Source: an uncultured Verrucomicrobiae bacterium (GTDB taxonomy: Bacteria > Verrucomicrobiota > Verrucomicrobiia > Opitutales > JABDGR01). Taken from it: a stretch of DNA of 64,000 bases. The notes under the pieces were generated by a model that had not been told where the DNA came from, ran no database searches, and saw nothing but the letters and a program-made list of their open reading frames with translations. Position 1 is the first letter of the stretch. Each line of letters begins with the position of its first letter. Positions 31,271 through 41,403 of the stretch are shown here, piece after piece. A program made the translations under genes and the position numbers. The stretch spans positions 1,408,001 through 1,472,000 of the forward strand of contig CAVXVB010000009.1 of assembly GCA_963765205.1 (NCBI GenBank), written 5' to 3'.

Positions 31271-31909
31271 ATGAATCCACCCACCAACCACTCCCACTCC
31301 GATATGGAGGAGCATTTTGAGGCTTGGCTGGCCAGCCAGCCGCTGACGCCCGCACCGGACTTCGTCGCCCGCACTCTTGCGCGCATCCGGGCCAAGACGG
31401 CCTTGGTTGCCTCCGCCAAAGCAGGCGATGACGCGGCCTTGGATTCCCTGTTGGATCGCTGGCTGGGTGAATCACCGCTGGAGCCGGACTTTGAGCCCGC
31501 CCAATTGGCGACCTTGACGCGCCGCACCGCCCTCCACGACGAAGAAGAGGAAGCCGACGTGCAAGAGGCCCCGCGGCGCTGGGCGATTCCGTTCCCCGCG
31601 TGGGCGCGTTCCGCCGTCGCGCTGGCGGCGGCGGCTTCGGTGGCGCTGTTGGCCTACTTTAGCACAACGGGCACGCCCGTCGGCAATGTGGCAGCGACTG
31701 CGGAGCAACCATCCAGCCCGAAAGTGGCCCAAGTGAACATGGATGCCACCGACGATTCTTCCCTGCCTGTTCCCGGGTCGGAAGCCTACGATCCGAGCAC
31801 CCTTTCGAAACTTAACGATGTCGTCAAGGACGGCACCGTGCTGTTGAATCCCGATGTGGCGGGGCAACTGCCCGGCGCCGACCCGAGCGACAGTGATTCG
31901 GCCCTCTAA
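31271..31909 (+). CDS. Putative anti-sigma factor (single TM)
   Basis: Follows the ECF sigma; PAPDFVARTLARI and a central TM helix. Confidence 0.6.
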   Translation: MNPPTNHSHSDMEEHFEAWLASQPLTPAPDFVARTLARIRAKTALVASAKAGDDAALDSLLDRWLGESPLEPDFEPAQLATLTRRTALHDEEEEADVQEAPRRWAIPFPAWARSAVALAAAASVALLAYFSTTGTPVGNVAATAEQPSSPKVAQVNMDATDDSSLPVPGSEAYDPSTLSKLNDVVKDGTVLLNPDVAGQLPGADPSDSDSAL

Positions 31910-31919
31910 GCAAGGTTTT

Positions 31920-32639
31920 GTGTTTTTTCTTCTTCACCATGGCCGCAGGCGCGGGAGCGCCGGGGCCGCCGTTCTGATTTTAGCGGCGGCAGGATGGGTG
32001 ACAGCGATGGCTGCGGATGATTCGTCCAGCGCGCCGGCGGCAAGTTCCGCGAACGCGGCGGTTGGCAGTGACACCGCTAATGGCGCGACGCCAGCCCCCG
32101 CCGCAAACTCGGCGGCCAACACGGATCTGGCCCCGAATGAACTGGCGGATCTCGAAGGCTTTCTGCGCCTGCCCTCGGATCGCATCACCCAATTGCGCAA
32201 GGCGCTGGATTATCTTGATAGCATGACCCAACTCCAACGCGACGCGTTGTTGCGCGACGTGCAAGCCCGCCAAAACAGCATCCGGCAGTTGCGCCAGGAA
32301 ATCACCGGGGATTTGCAACAGCTTTCCCCGTCTGATCGCAGCATTCTCGATCGTTACGAGGTGACGATGCTGTTTCCCGTGGCCATCCAAAATCTGATCA
32401 AACGCTTTCAAGACGCCGGCCCGGATGCGAAAACGCGTCAGGCCATCATTCAAGAAATGCTGAAAGACGCGGCGGACAACGGCATCAAAGCCGCGCCACC
32501 GACCCGGCTAGGCAACGGTGCGCGCAGCAATTCCACCAACCCAAACCGAGAACGAGCCTCCCCGGATAATGGACGGGCCGGACATTCGCCGCCGTCAGCC
32601 AACAGCTCCGCGCCGGCGAGCACGACCGCCAGCCCCTAA
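31920..32639 (+). CDS. Secreted helical protein, third gene of the ECF operon
   Basis: Signal-peptide-like N-terminus, helical repeats (LPSDRITQLR, MTQLQRDAL, LSPSDRSIL); start uncertain. Confidence 0.55.
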   Translation: MFFLLHHGRRRGSAGAAVLILAAAGWVTAMAADDSSSAPAASSANAAVGSDTANGATPAPAANSAANTDLAPNELADLEGFLRLPSDRITQLRKALDYLDSMTQLQRDALLRDVQARQNSIRQLRQEITGDLQQLSPSDRSILDRYEVTMLFPVAIQNLIKRFQDAGPDAKTRQAIIQEMLKDAADNGIKAAPPTRLGNGARSNSTNPNRERASPDNGRAGHSPPSANSSAPASTTASP

Positions 32640-32656
32640 ACCACCGGACGAGCAGG

Positions 32657-32926
32657 TTACTTTTTCCCTGGGCTGGGTGTGAGGACTTTGGCCATGTCGC
32701 TCTTGGCGTGGGCGGCTTTGTTGGCGTGAATCACGCCGGTCTTGGCCGCCTTGTCCATGGCTGACACATAGGCGCGGGCGATGTCGCGCGCGGCGGTGGG
32801 GTCATTCGCAACGGCGGCGCGCGCCTGCCTGGCGAGCGATTTTAGACGCGTGACCACCGCCTGGTTGCGCGCGGTGCGCCGGGTGGTTTTGCGGATGTTT
32901 TTCTTGGCGGACTTGGTATTAGCCAT
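32657..32926 (-). CDS. rpsT: 30S ribosomal protein S20
   Basis: MANTKSAKKNIR...DKAAKTGVIHANKAAH. Confidence 0.96.
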   Translation of the reverse strand: MANTKSAKKNIRKTTRRTARNQAVVTRLKSLARQARAAVANDPTAARDIARAYVSAMDKAAKTGVIHANKAAHAKSDMAKVLTPSPGKK

Positions 32927-33007
32927 GCGGAAAGTATCGTTGGTAAACGAGCCATCGTGTTCACCCGCGCTCGCTTGTCAACGGCAATTACCCGTAGGGT
33001 GGACGGT

Positions 33008-36000
33008 TCACGCCTCGCCCCAGCCGCCACCGCCGGGAGTTTCAATAGTGAGTATGTCTCCGGGGCGGGCCTCGAAATGGGCGAGAGCGGCCAGTGTTTC
33101 CTTGCGGCCATCGGCATGGTGCAGAATTTGCCGGCCCGGTGCTCCGGGCAAGCCACCCGCCACGCCATCCGGCCCGCTGGCGCGGCGCTGGGTGAGCAGG
33201 GAAACACTCTGTGGAGCGAGAAATTCCAGTTCGCGCACCAAGCCGTCGCCACCGCACCACTTCCCCACCCCGCCCGAACCGCGCCGCACGGCGAACCGGC
33301 GCAACCGCACGGGATATCGCCGTTCCAGAATTTCCGGGTCGGTGATGGCCGTGTTGGTCATGTGGACATGCACCGCCGATGCTCCGGCAAACCTCGGCCC
33401 TGCGCCAGCGCCACCGCCGATGGTTTCATAATAGCCGCGCGTGGCATCGCCAAAGACGAGATTGTTCATCGTGCCCTGGCTGCACGCCACGCGCCCAAAG
33501 GCAAGCAACAAGGCATCCACCACGCGCTGGCTCGTCTCGACATTGCCGCCGGCCACGGCGGGGTCGCGCGCAGCCTCACCGGTGAAAGACGGATTGAGCA
33601 GACCCAGCGGCAAAATCATTTCGACGGGTTCGAGCAAGCCTTCGTTGAGCGGCAAATCGCCCCCGGCCAGGAGGCGCAGCACATATAACACGGCGGCGCG
33701 CGCAATTGCCGGCGGCGCATTCAGGCCGTGCGGATGCACGCCGCCCGTGCCGGAAAAATCCACGCGCAAATGACCATCGTCTATTGTGAGGGAAACGCGG
33801 ATGGGGGTGCGGTCGTCGAAAAATTGTTCGGCCAGTCGCGGCCCGGTCGGCTCCGCGCGCAAGCATTCCGTGAGCAAGGCCGCAGCGTGCGCACGTAAAT
33901 CGTCCATCGCCTGCGCCACGCGTGCCGCACCGTGCCGGGCGGCCAGTTGCCGCAGAAGGCGAGCGCCGAGGACGTTGGCCGCGACTTGCGCGCGCGTATC
34001 GGCCAAATTGTCTTCGAGCCGCCGCGTAGGCCAGGGCGCGTCGCACAAACGACGCGCGAGTTCGGAAAAATTTTCCCGCCCGGCGGCAAACAAAAGAAAT
34101 GGTTCGAGCACGACGCCCTCCTCGGCCAAGTGGCGCGCGCCCGGCGGCATTGAGCCGGGCCGCGTGCCGCCAATTTCCGCGTGGTGCGCGCGGCTGGCGG
34201 CGTAGCCGAGGCGCCGGCCTTGGTCATCGAAGATTGGTGTAATGACGGTCACGTCGGGCAAATGCGAACCGCCGAAGGCTGGGTGGTTCGTGATCGCCAC
34301 GTCGCCGGGGCGCAGGGGCAGTCGCTGCTCGACCAGGCGCACACACAAACCGAGCGCACCCAAATGCACCGGAATGTTCGGAGCATTGGCGACGAGACGG
34401 CCCGCGACGTCGAGCAAGCCGCAGGAAAAATCAAGCCGTTCTTTGACGTTGGTCGAGAGCGCCGTGCGCTGCAATTGCGTGCCCATGGCCTCGACGAGCG
34501 CGCGAAAGCGCTGCGTGAAAAGCTCGCGTTCAACCACGACGGGCGCGGCGGCGCGGGATATTTTCGGCGCGGTAGTGTGTTCGAGCAAAATCGAACCGTG
34601 CGTGCCGACGCGGCCCGACCAGCCGGGCTCGATGACCAGCGTGCAGGACGAATCGGCAACCAGCGCGGGGCCGAAAAGTTTTTCTCCCGGCTGCAGTTCC
34701 ACGCGGTCGAAAACGGGTGTGTCTTGCCACACGCCGTCGTGCCAGAGCGGTTGAGAATTTTGGGCGAGGGCAGCGGCTCCCCCGGAAAAAATTTCCTTCA
34801 GCGGCGCAACCGGCGTTGAGCCGACCACCACGCGCAATACGGTCACTTCGAGATCGCCGTGGGGCGGGTAGCCAAAAACTTCCGCAAAGCGCTCGGTGAA
34901 CGCAGCGCGCAGATTGACACCTGGTGGCGCCTCGATGGTCAGCGCGGCTTCCTGCCCGGCGAAGCGCAGGGCGGCCTGGCGGCGCGGCGGGATGGTGGGT
35001 GATAAATTTTCCTCGTCGCGTAATCGCTCGATGGCTTCGTGTTCCAGTTCGCGCCAAAGCGGCTCAAGCGCTGCGCCGTCGCCGTCCAACAAAGTCATGA
35101 TTTGGCGCGTGGCGATGCGCTCAATGGCGGCGTGGCCCAGCCCACGCGCGCTCAAATGGCCGGCTTCGGTGGGAAACAAAATCCGCGTCACGCCAAGATG
35201 TTCCGCGACCGCGCAAGCGTGCTGCCCGCCCGCGCCACCGAAGGCCGCCAGCGCATATTCCGCAGGCGCGTAGCCCTCACGCACGCTGATGCGCCGGATG
35301 GCGTCGGCCATGCGCTCGTTGGTGATGTCGAGAAAGCCTTGCAGCAATGATTCGGCGGACGGCGCCTGGCCATCGGCTGCGGACGCGAGTTGGGCGCGCA
35401 ATTCCTCCAGCCGCGCGCGGGCGGCCTCCGGCCGGACGGGCAGGCCGAAATGCCGGGAATCGAGCCGGCCCAGGAGTAAGTTCACGTCCGTAATGGTCAG
35501 CGGGCCGCCCGCACCATAGCAAGCCGGACCAGGCTGCGCGCCCGCGCTGTCCGGCCCGACAAAAAGCGCACCCGCGCGCGAACCGCAAATCGAGCCACCG
35601 CCCGCGGCAACCGACTCAATTTTTAAGGCTGGCGCGAGCAGCACGGCACTGCCCACGGTGTGCGTGGACTGGTATTCCAGCTCGCCGTCCCAGCGGGCGA
35701 CATCGGTGCTCGTACCGCCCATGTCAAATGTCAGCACGCGCGCCAGGCCTGCGGTGCGCGCCGCGGTGACCGCGCCGACCAAGCCGCCCGCCGGGCCGCT
35801 CAATAATGTGTCGCACGGGCGGCAGGCGGCGCGCGCGACCAACCCGCCCGCGCTGGTCATCACCCGCAGGCGGCTGCCGCCGAGGCTGCGTGCCACGCCA
35901 TCGAAGTAGGCGTCCAACACCGGCGCAAGCGCGGCGTTGATGACGGCGGTTTGCGCGCGGGGCAAAATTTTGACGAAGGGCGCGAGTTGCGCCGATTGGC

Positions 36001-36820
36001 TGACGTGCGCAAAACCGGCGGCTTGCAATAATTTGGCCACTTGTTGCTCAGGCACGGGGTTGAGGTCGGCGTGCAATAACGCCACGGCGGCCACAGCGCC
36101 GGGCGGCCAGTTTTTTCTGGCGGCGGCGAGGCGCGCGCGCAATTCGTTTTCGTCGAGCGCCCGCACGACCGCGCCGTGGGCGTCCAGGCGCTCGGGGACT
36201 TCGACCACCCAGCGCGCAAGGGACGGCGGCTTGACAATGTGGAGCGCGAACAAATCAGGCCGGCGCTGGTCGCCGATTTCGAGCAAATCGCCGAAGCCTT
36301 CGGTGACGAAAAAAAACACGGGTGCGCCACGGTCTTCGAGCAGGGCGTTGGTGCCGCGGGTGGTGGCGAGTCGCATGGTCAGCGGCGGCAGCGGCGCGCG
36401 GCGGGGCGTGCGGGTAAGCACGCGCGCGCCGAGCACGGGCGCCTCCTCGCCGGAATCGAGGGTGAGCAGCGTGCCGGGAGCCCAATCGGCGGGCGCGGGC
36501 AAAGCAAGGTGGATGGTGCGGGTGCGGGCGTTAAAGCCGGTAATTTCCAACGTAGGATTTTTCGCCCGCGCGGCGGCCACGGTAAAGCCCGCGAAAAAGT
36601 CCTCCGGCCAATCGCCGGGCGGTAGTTCGAGGCGAAGCTCTTGTGCGCCGGGGCGCGCGGCGACCGTGGCGCGGATGGTGCCGGTCGAAAGCACCTTCGC
36701 CCGATGCCAGCGGCCCGCCGGGTCGCGCCCGAGGCAGTCGGTAAACGTTCCACCCGTGTCAGCGAGGATTTCCCACATCGCGGAGGAAAGGGCTGGGCGC
36801 TGGCTGGAGTTTGCGTTCAC
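33008..36820 (-). CDS. Fused hydantoinase A/B, 5-oxoprolinase (ATP-hydrolysing)
   Basis: DTGGTFTD, SGPAGG, DMGGTSTD, NVKERLDFSC, GGSHLPD, QGTMNN, TPGGGGWG. Confidence 0.92.
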   Translation of the reverse strand: MNANSSQRPALSSAMWEILADTGGTFTDCLGRDPAGRWHRAKVLSTGTIRATVAARPGAQELRLELPPGDWPEDFFAGFTVAAARAKNPTLEITGFNARTRTIHLALPAPADWAPGTLLTLDSGEEAPVLGARVLTRTPRRAPLPPLTMRLATTRGTNALLEDRGAPVFFFVTEGFGDLLEIGDQRRPDLFALHIVKPPSLARWVVEVPERLDAHGAVVRALDENELRARLAAARKNWPPGAVAAVALLHADLNPVPEQQVAKLLQAAGFAHVSQSAQLAPFVKILPRAQTAVINAALAPVLDAYFDGVARSLGGSRLRVMTSAGGLVARAACRPCDTLLSGPAGGLVGAVTAARTAGLARVLTFDMGGTSTDVARWDGELEYQSTHTVGSAVLLAPALKIESVAAGGGSICGSRAGALFVGPDSAGAQPGPACYGAGGPLTITDVNLLLGRLDSRHFGLPVRPEAARARLEELRAQLASAADGQAPSAESLLQGFLDITNERMADAIRRISVREGYAPAEYALAAFGGAGGQHACAVAEHLGVTRILFPTEAGHLSARGLGHAAIERIATRQIMTLLDGDGAALEPLWRELEHEAIERLRDEENLSPTIPPRRQAALRFAGQEAALTIEAPPGVNLRAAFTERFAEVFGYPPHGDLEVTVLRVVVGSTPVAPLKEIFSGGAAALAQNSQPLWHDGVWQDTPVFDRVELQPGEKLFGPALVADSSCTLVIEPGWSGRVGTHGSILLEHTTAPKISRAAAPVVVERELFTQRFRALVEAMGTQLQRTALSTNVKERLDFSCGLLDVAGRLVANAPNIPVHLGALGLCVRLVEQRLPLRPGDVAITNHPAFGGSHLPDVTVITPIFDDQGRRLGYAASRAHHAEIGGTRPGSMPPGARHLAEEGVVLEPFLLFAAGRENFSELARRLCDAPWPTRRLEDNLADTRAQVAANVLGARLLRQLAARHGAARVAQAMDDLRAHAAALLTECLRAEPTGPRLAEQFFDDRTPIRVSLTIDDGHLRVDFSGTGGVHPHGLNAPPAIARAAVLYVLRLLAGGDLPLNEGLLEPVEMILPLGLLNPSFTGEAARDPAVAGGNVETSQRVVDALLLAFGRVACSQGTMNNLVFGDATRGYYETIGGGAGAGPRFAGASAVHVHMTNTAITDPEILERRYPVRLRRFAVRRGSGGVGKWCGGDGLVRELEFLAPQSVSLLTQRRASGPDGVAGGLPGAPGRQILHHADGRKETLAALAHFEARPGDILTIETPGGGGWGEA

Positions 36821-37473
36821 ATTCCCGAATACGCGATGACTTCCAGAACTGCCTGCTGGATTTCGGCGATGGCGCGGGCCAGTGCCTGCACGATGAAATC
36901 CAGGCGGGAAATTTGCTTGATGCGCTCGGCATACTGGTCAACTTCCGCCGGCGTGAAGACGACGGTGTCGAGGTCGCAGGCGTCCATGAGGCCGATGAGC
37001 ACGACGTCCTGCGGATCGGGGATTTCGCCGGGCGTGAGGACGATCTGGCGGATGCGGGCGCGCACCTCGGTCTCTTCGGTGGCGTCCACCACGGGGTAGC
37101 GGCGCTCGCGCAGCGCCCAGAAAAAGCTTTTCTCCTGCTGCTGGAGGATGCCCTTGCGCACGAGATCAGCGAAAAGGAGTTCCTTGATCGGGCCGGTCTT
37201 GAGGGCGATGCGGGCGAGCGCCTTTTGGATGGTCATCTCCGGCTCACCCTGCGGCAGGCTGGCCAGCGCCAGGTCGAGAACGGCGTCGCCGGTGGGGCTG
37301 GCGTTCTGGATTTGCAACTGGGTGGCGTCGGTGTCGAGCCGGTCCAGCAAGGCGAGTTCGGCGAGGAGGGCGCCGGCGAGGGCGAACTCAAGGGCGCGCT
37401 CGGGCAGCGCGTGCAGCCGCCCGGTTTTTTCATCGAGCGCGAGCAGGAGGATTTCTTCGGAAATGCGGAGCAC
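36817..37473 (-). CDS. GPP34/GOLPH3-family protein
   Basis: LRISEEILLLALDE...ALAGALLAELAL...RRYPV; stop overlaps the oxoprolinase GTG (GTGA). Confidence 0.8.
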   Translation of the reverse strand: MLRISEEILLLALDEKTGRLHALPERALEFALAGALLAELALLDRLDTDATQLQIQNASPTGDAVLDLALASLPQGEPEMTIQKALARIALKTGPIKELLFADLVRKGILQQQEKSFFWALRERRYPVVDATEETEVRARIRQIVLTPGEIPDPQDVVLIGLMDACDLDTVVFTPAEVDQYAERIKQISRLDFIVQALARAIAEIQQAVLEVIAYSGM

Positions 37474-37527
37474 GGCGACATTGTGGAAGCGCGCACGCAA
37501 AAGGCAAACCGCATTTCCAAATAGTAT

Positions 37528-39480
37528 TCAGCGTAATGCCGGACGAGGCGCGGAGCGCGGATCCTGTCCCCGCGGGACAATCCAGACGACCCAAGTCAAG
37601 GTGGTCGGAGCGTTGACCACAGCCGTGCAAGAAGCGCAGGTCGCCGCCACGCGTTCGTTGAAAATTGGGCTATACCAACCTTGGGGCGTGGGCGTTTCGC
37701 GGCCGCGAATTAAATCCACCTGCCACCCGCCGGGCGGAGTGGTGAGGGCCAGCAGGCCGAGGTTGGCCTGGCCGGGGTCGGCGGTGTAAATCAAATTGCC
37801 CTCGTGTTTGACGGTGCAATCGGGATGGAAATGCCAGAGGGCCTCCAACGTATGCGGTCCGGCACAAAGCACTTGATCAGTAACAAGCCAATATTGGCCC
37901 GGAAGATAGCTCACAGAGCGGGTAACGTAGGCTGGCCCTTGGCCGCAGAGCGCGTTGCCAACGAACGGCGCGGTGGCCGCGAAAAAATCGCCATCCGCGT
38001 TGATGTCATGGCGGACCTTCGCGGGCGTTGTAATCATGTCCGGCGGTGGCAGCGTGCCCTGGCCGTCGAGCAGGAGGACGTTGTGGCCGCGCGGGCCGGT
38101 GAAATAATCGCGCCAGGGGCCGGGCTGGTAATTATAGCGGCCATCGTCCACCAAAAATTCGCGGCCGCCGCCGCCAATGCTCAGATGCAGGCGCTCGGCG
38201 TGCTGGTGGTCGGAACCGCGCGGTCCTATTTCGAAATACGCCCACTGGGCATCCGCCCCCCAGCCACTGCGCATAACGGCGAGGCCGGCATCGGGAAAAT
38301 AATCCGTCGGCGGCCCGGAGGGCACGGCGCCCTCGCGACCCTGGGTGGCGATATACAGCCAGTCTGGCCGATGGTAAACAGCGGCCATCTGCCGCACGAG
38401 CGCGGCGTCGTCATCCACGCTCGAGTCGTTGTTGAGCGGGCCGTGGCCGCGGGGATCGAGCGTGTGGGCGAAGTAATTCCAGGCGCTTTCCAGCCGCGGA
38501 CGCAAAGCAGCGAGTTCTTGATCGCGGCCAGCGGCAGCCAGCAAGTCAGCCAGGCGCTGCAATTCCAGCAGGACGACGCGTTGGTATAAATTGGAGAGTT
38601 CCGATTCCGCGCCGTCGGGGTAAATCTCGCGCGCGGCTTCAGCCTGGGCCTGGGCAATGGCATAGTCCAGCCAGCGCGGCGCGTCTTTGAATTCGGGAAA
38701 AGCGAGCGCGAGGGCGGCGAGGCCGGTCATTTCGGTGATGAGGTGGTTGCCGGAAAACGAATGGGTGTAGCGCAGCGCGGCGGCGTGGTCGGGCACGTCG
38801 GCGAGCAGGCCGAGCAGCACGTCGTCGTCGAGCGCGGCACTAGCGTCCGGCGAAAACAGCACGGGCATCCAGGCGTCCTCGAGGCGACGCGCCACTTCGA
38901 GCGCACGCCAAGCGGGGGAGATACTGTAATACGCCGGACGAGGGCTTTGCCGGAGCCAGTCGCGCAGTTGGGCGTTGAGGGCCGAGCGGTAGCGGGCGTC
39001 CTTGGTTTTGCGCCAGGCAACAAAAAGCGCGGGAATCTGGTGCTGGCGGTTGAGGAACCAAGCGAATTCGGGGTCGTCGTTGGGCCCGCGCCATGTCCAA
39101 TCGAAGCCGCCATCGGCCCTGCGCGGGACAGTGCCAGTGACACCCTGCATCGTGAAAACGCCTGACAGTGCGGCGTCAGCCTCCTGGCGCGTGGCGGCGT
39201 CCCACGGGGGTAAAGCAACTAGAAACGCGGAAAGGGAGGAGTTGAGCCGGTCTTGAAAAATTTTCAGCAATCCGCGCGCGTCAGCACTGGCAGTGTCTTT
39301 TGACCGGGCGGTGAGGAACTGCTCGATTTGCGGGTCGGCTGGGTTGAGCGCGGAATATAATTTTCCGGCGGGGTTCGCAGACACGGCTGGGCTGAAGGCG
39401 TGCGCCGCCAGCGCCAGCAACGCCCCGGCCACGATGGCTGCCAGCGCCCAAACCGCTTGTTTGAGGCCAAGCTTAGGCAT
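37528..39480 (-). CDS. Heparinase II/III-family polysaccharide lyase, secreted
   Basis: Signal peptide, LNRQH, WRALEVARR, GNHLITE, ELSNLYQ, HQHAERL, GHNVLLLDG. Confidence 0.85.
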   Translation of the reverse strand: MPKLGLKQAVWALAAIVAGALLALAAHAFSPAVSANPAGKLYSALNPADPQIEQFLTARSKDTASADARGLLKIFQDRLNSSLSAFLVALPPWDAATRQEADAALSGVFTMQGVTGTVPRRADGGFDWTWRGPNDDPEFAWFLNRQHQIPALFVAWRKTKDARYRSALNAQLRDWLRQSPRPAYYSISPAWRALEVARRLEDAWMPVLFSPDASAALDDDVLLGLLADVPDHAAALRYTHSFSGNHLITEMTGLAALALAFPEFKDAPRWLDYAIAQAQAEAAREIYPDGAESELSNLYQRVVLLELQRLADLLAAAGRDQELAALRPRLESAWNYFAHTLDPRGHGPLNNDSSVDDDAALVRQMAAVYHRPDWLYIATQGREGAVPSGPPTDYFPDAGLAVMRSGWGADAQWAYFEIGPRGSDHQHAERLHLSIGGGGREFLVDDGRYNYQPGPWRDYFTGPRGHNVLLLDGQGTLPPPDMITTPAKVRHDINADGDFFAATAPFVGNALCGQGPAYVTRSVSYLPGQYWLVTDQVLCAGPHTLEALWHFHPDCTVKHEGNLIYTADPGQANLGLLALTTPPGGWQVDLIRGRETPTPQGWYSPIFNERVAATCASCTAVVNAPTTLTWVVWIVPRGQDPRSAPRPALR

Positions 39481-39730
39481 CGTTTTTAGGATCGAGACCA
39501 CGCGCGAGCCAGCGCCCGAGCGGGCGCGCGAAAAACAGCAGGCCCACGCCAAGGCCGATGGCCAGAAGGGGCCGCACGGCTTGGGATTGCAGGTAATATC
39601 CGGCAAAGGACGGGTTGAATTCCGTAGCCGACTCGACGACGTTGACCGCGAGCATCCACAGCCCGGCCACCAGCCAAACCAGTCCCAGCAAGCGCACCGC
39701 AAGCACCGCGGCAGAGGTATATTTGCCCAT
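39473..39730 (-). CDS. Small 2-TM hypothetical protein
   Basis: MGKYTSAAVLAVRLLGLVWL... two hydrophobic helices; overlaps the lyase start by 8 bp. Confidence 0.6.
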   Translation of the reverse strand: MGKYTSAAVLAVRLLGLVWLVAGLWMLAVNVVESATEFNPSFAGYYLQSQAVRPLLAIGLGVGLLFFARPLGRWLARGLDPKNDA

Positions 39731-39888
39731 GCAGGGAGTTTGCACCCGCCGGGCGGAAACGCAAGGTTGGGTTGTGGGAGAGGGTTGCAAGTTGCAAGCT
39801 TTTGGGGCGCGGGTTTAGGTTTGCGGAAAGCCAAACTTGTGGTTTTGTATAACTTGCAACTTTCAACCCGCAACCTTCAACCCGTTTT

Positions 39889-40230
39889 ATGGCCTTCATC
39901 GTCACCGCCGCCTGCGTGGATTGCAAATACACCTCCTGCGTGCCCGTCTGCCCGGTCGAGGCGTTCCACGAGGCGCCCGACCGGGTGTATATCAACCCAG
40001 AGACGTGCATTGACTGCAATGCCTGCGTCTCGGAATGCCCGGTGAACGCGATTTACGCCGAGCGCGAGGTGCCGGATAATATGCAGGAATGGATCAAGCT
40101 CAACGCCGACGAGGCCGCCAAGCACCCCCTCATCACCGGCACGCACGAGCCGCTGAAAGGACCGAAGTGCGTGGACCGAATGCGGGGTGAGAGAAAGAGG
40201 GACAAAGGGACTGAGGCACCAAGGCACTGA
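39889..40230 (+). CDS. fdxA: 7Fe ferredoxin (FdxA type)
   Basis: ACVDCKYTSCVPVCPV and CIDCNACVSECPV cluster motifs. Confidence 0.9.
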   Translation: MAFIVTAACVDCKYTSCVPVCPVEAFHEAPDRVYINPETCIDCNACVSECPVNAIYAEREVPDNMQEWIKLNADEAAKHPLITGTHEPLKGPKCVDRMRGERKRDKGTEAPRH

Positions 40231-40341
40231 GAAAATGTTTGCGCCGGGCACCCTTCTGTATCCACATTCATTAAGCAACGCGGTGGATTTACTCCTTTGT
40301 TCCTTTGTGCCTCAGTCACTTTGTCCCTTGCCCCCCTCCCC

Positions 40342-41403
40342 ATGCTCGCCGTCGCCTCCTCTGGAACCTTGCTGGGCATCCATGCCCATGCGGTGCAAGT
40401 CGAGGTTAACACCGGCGAGGAAGGCAAGCCGGAGACGGTGCTCGTCGGCTTACCGGACGCGGCGGTGAAGGAATCGGTGAACCGCGTGTGGTCGGCGCTG
40501 CACAACTGCGGGTTTCGCGCGCCGGCGACCAAGACGACCATCAACCTCGCGCCCGGCGATTTGCGCAAGGAGGGGCCGCTGTTTGACTTGCCGATGGCGC
40601 TGTCGGTGCTCGCCGCGACGGGGCAACTGGCGCCGGAGAGTTTGCAGCCCTACCTCATCGCCGGGGAACTGAGCCTGTCGGGCGGAACGCGGCCGGTGGT
40701 GGGCGGGCTGGCGCTGGCGCTGCTTGCGCGGCAACTGGGCAAAGCGGGTGTGCTGCTGCCCGCCGCCACCGCCGAGGAGGCCGCGCTGGTGGACAAGGTG
40801 CCCGTCCACGCCGTTGCGTCGCTCGACGAAGCGGTGCGGTTTTTGAACGGTGAAAAATTCTTGCCGCGGCTCGACCCCGCCGCCAGCCCGTTTCGCCGCC
40901 CGCCGGACACGCGGCACTCGGTGGATTTCTCGGAAGTCAAAGGCCAACACGCCCTGCGCCGGGCCGTCGAAGTGGCCGTCGCCGGCGGACACAATTTGCT
41001 GATGGTCGGCAGCCCCGGCTCGGGCAAAAGCATGATCGCGAAACGCATCCCCACCATCATGCCGGAGCCGACGCTCGACGAATACTTGGAACTGCTCGCC
41101 ATCCAGTCGGCGGCGGGCGCGTCGCTCGCGCCGGAGAACCGGTGCTTCCAGCGGCCGTTCCGCGCGCCGCACCACACCATCAGCGATGTCGGGCTGCTCG
41201 GCGGCGGGGCGATTCCCGGCCCCGGCGAAATTTCCCTCGCCCACAACGGCGTGCTGTTCATGGACGAGTTGCCCGAGTTCAAACGCTCGACCCTCGAAGT
41301 GCTGCGCCAGCCACTCGAAGACGGCGAAGTGAGCATCTCGCGCGCGGCGGGCAAAATCACCCTCCCCTGCGCCTTCATGCTCGTCGCGGCGATGAACCCC
41401 TGA
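40342..41403 (+). pseudogene. comM: comM/YifB Mg-chelatase-like helicase, 5' part, interrupted by an integrated element
   Basis: [56 protein letters not shown]; ends abruptly at LVAAMNP* where CPCG normally follows. Confidence 0.95.

Noticed and set aside
40180..40230. Unusual C-terminal extension of the ferredoxin
   Set aside because: Explained by the ORF running into an intergenic repeat block.
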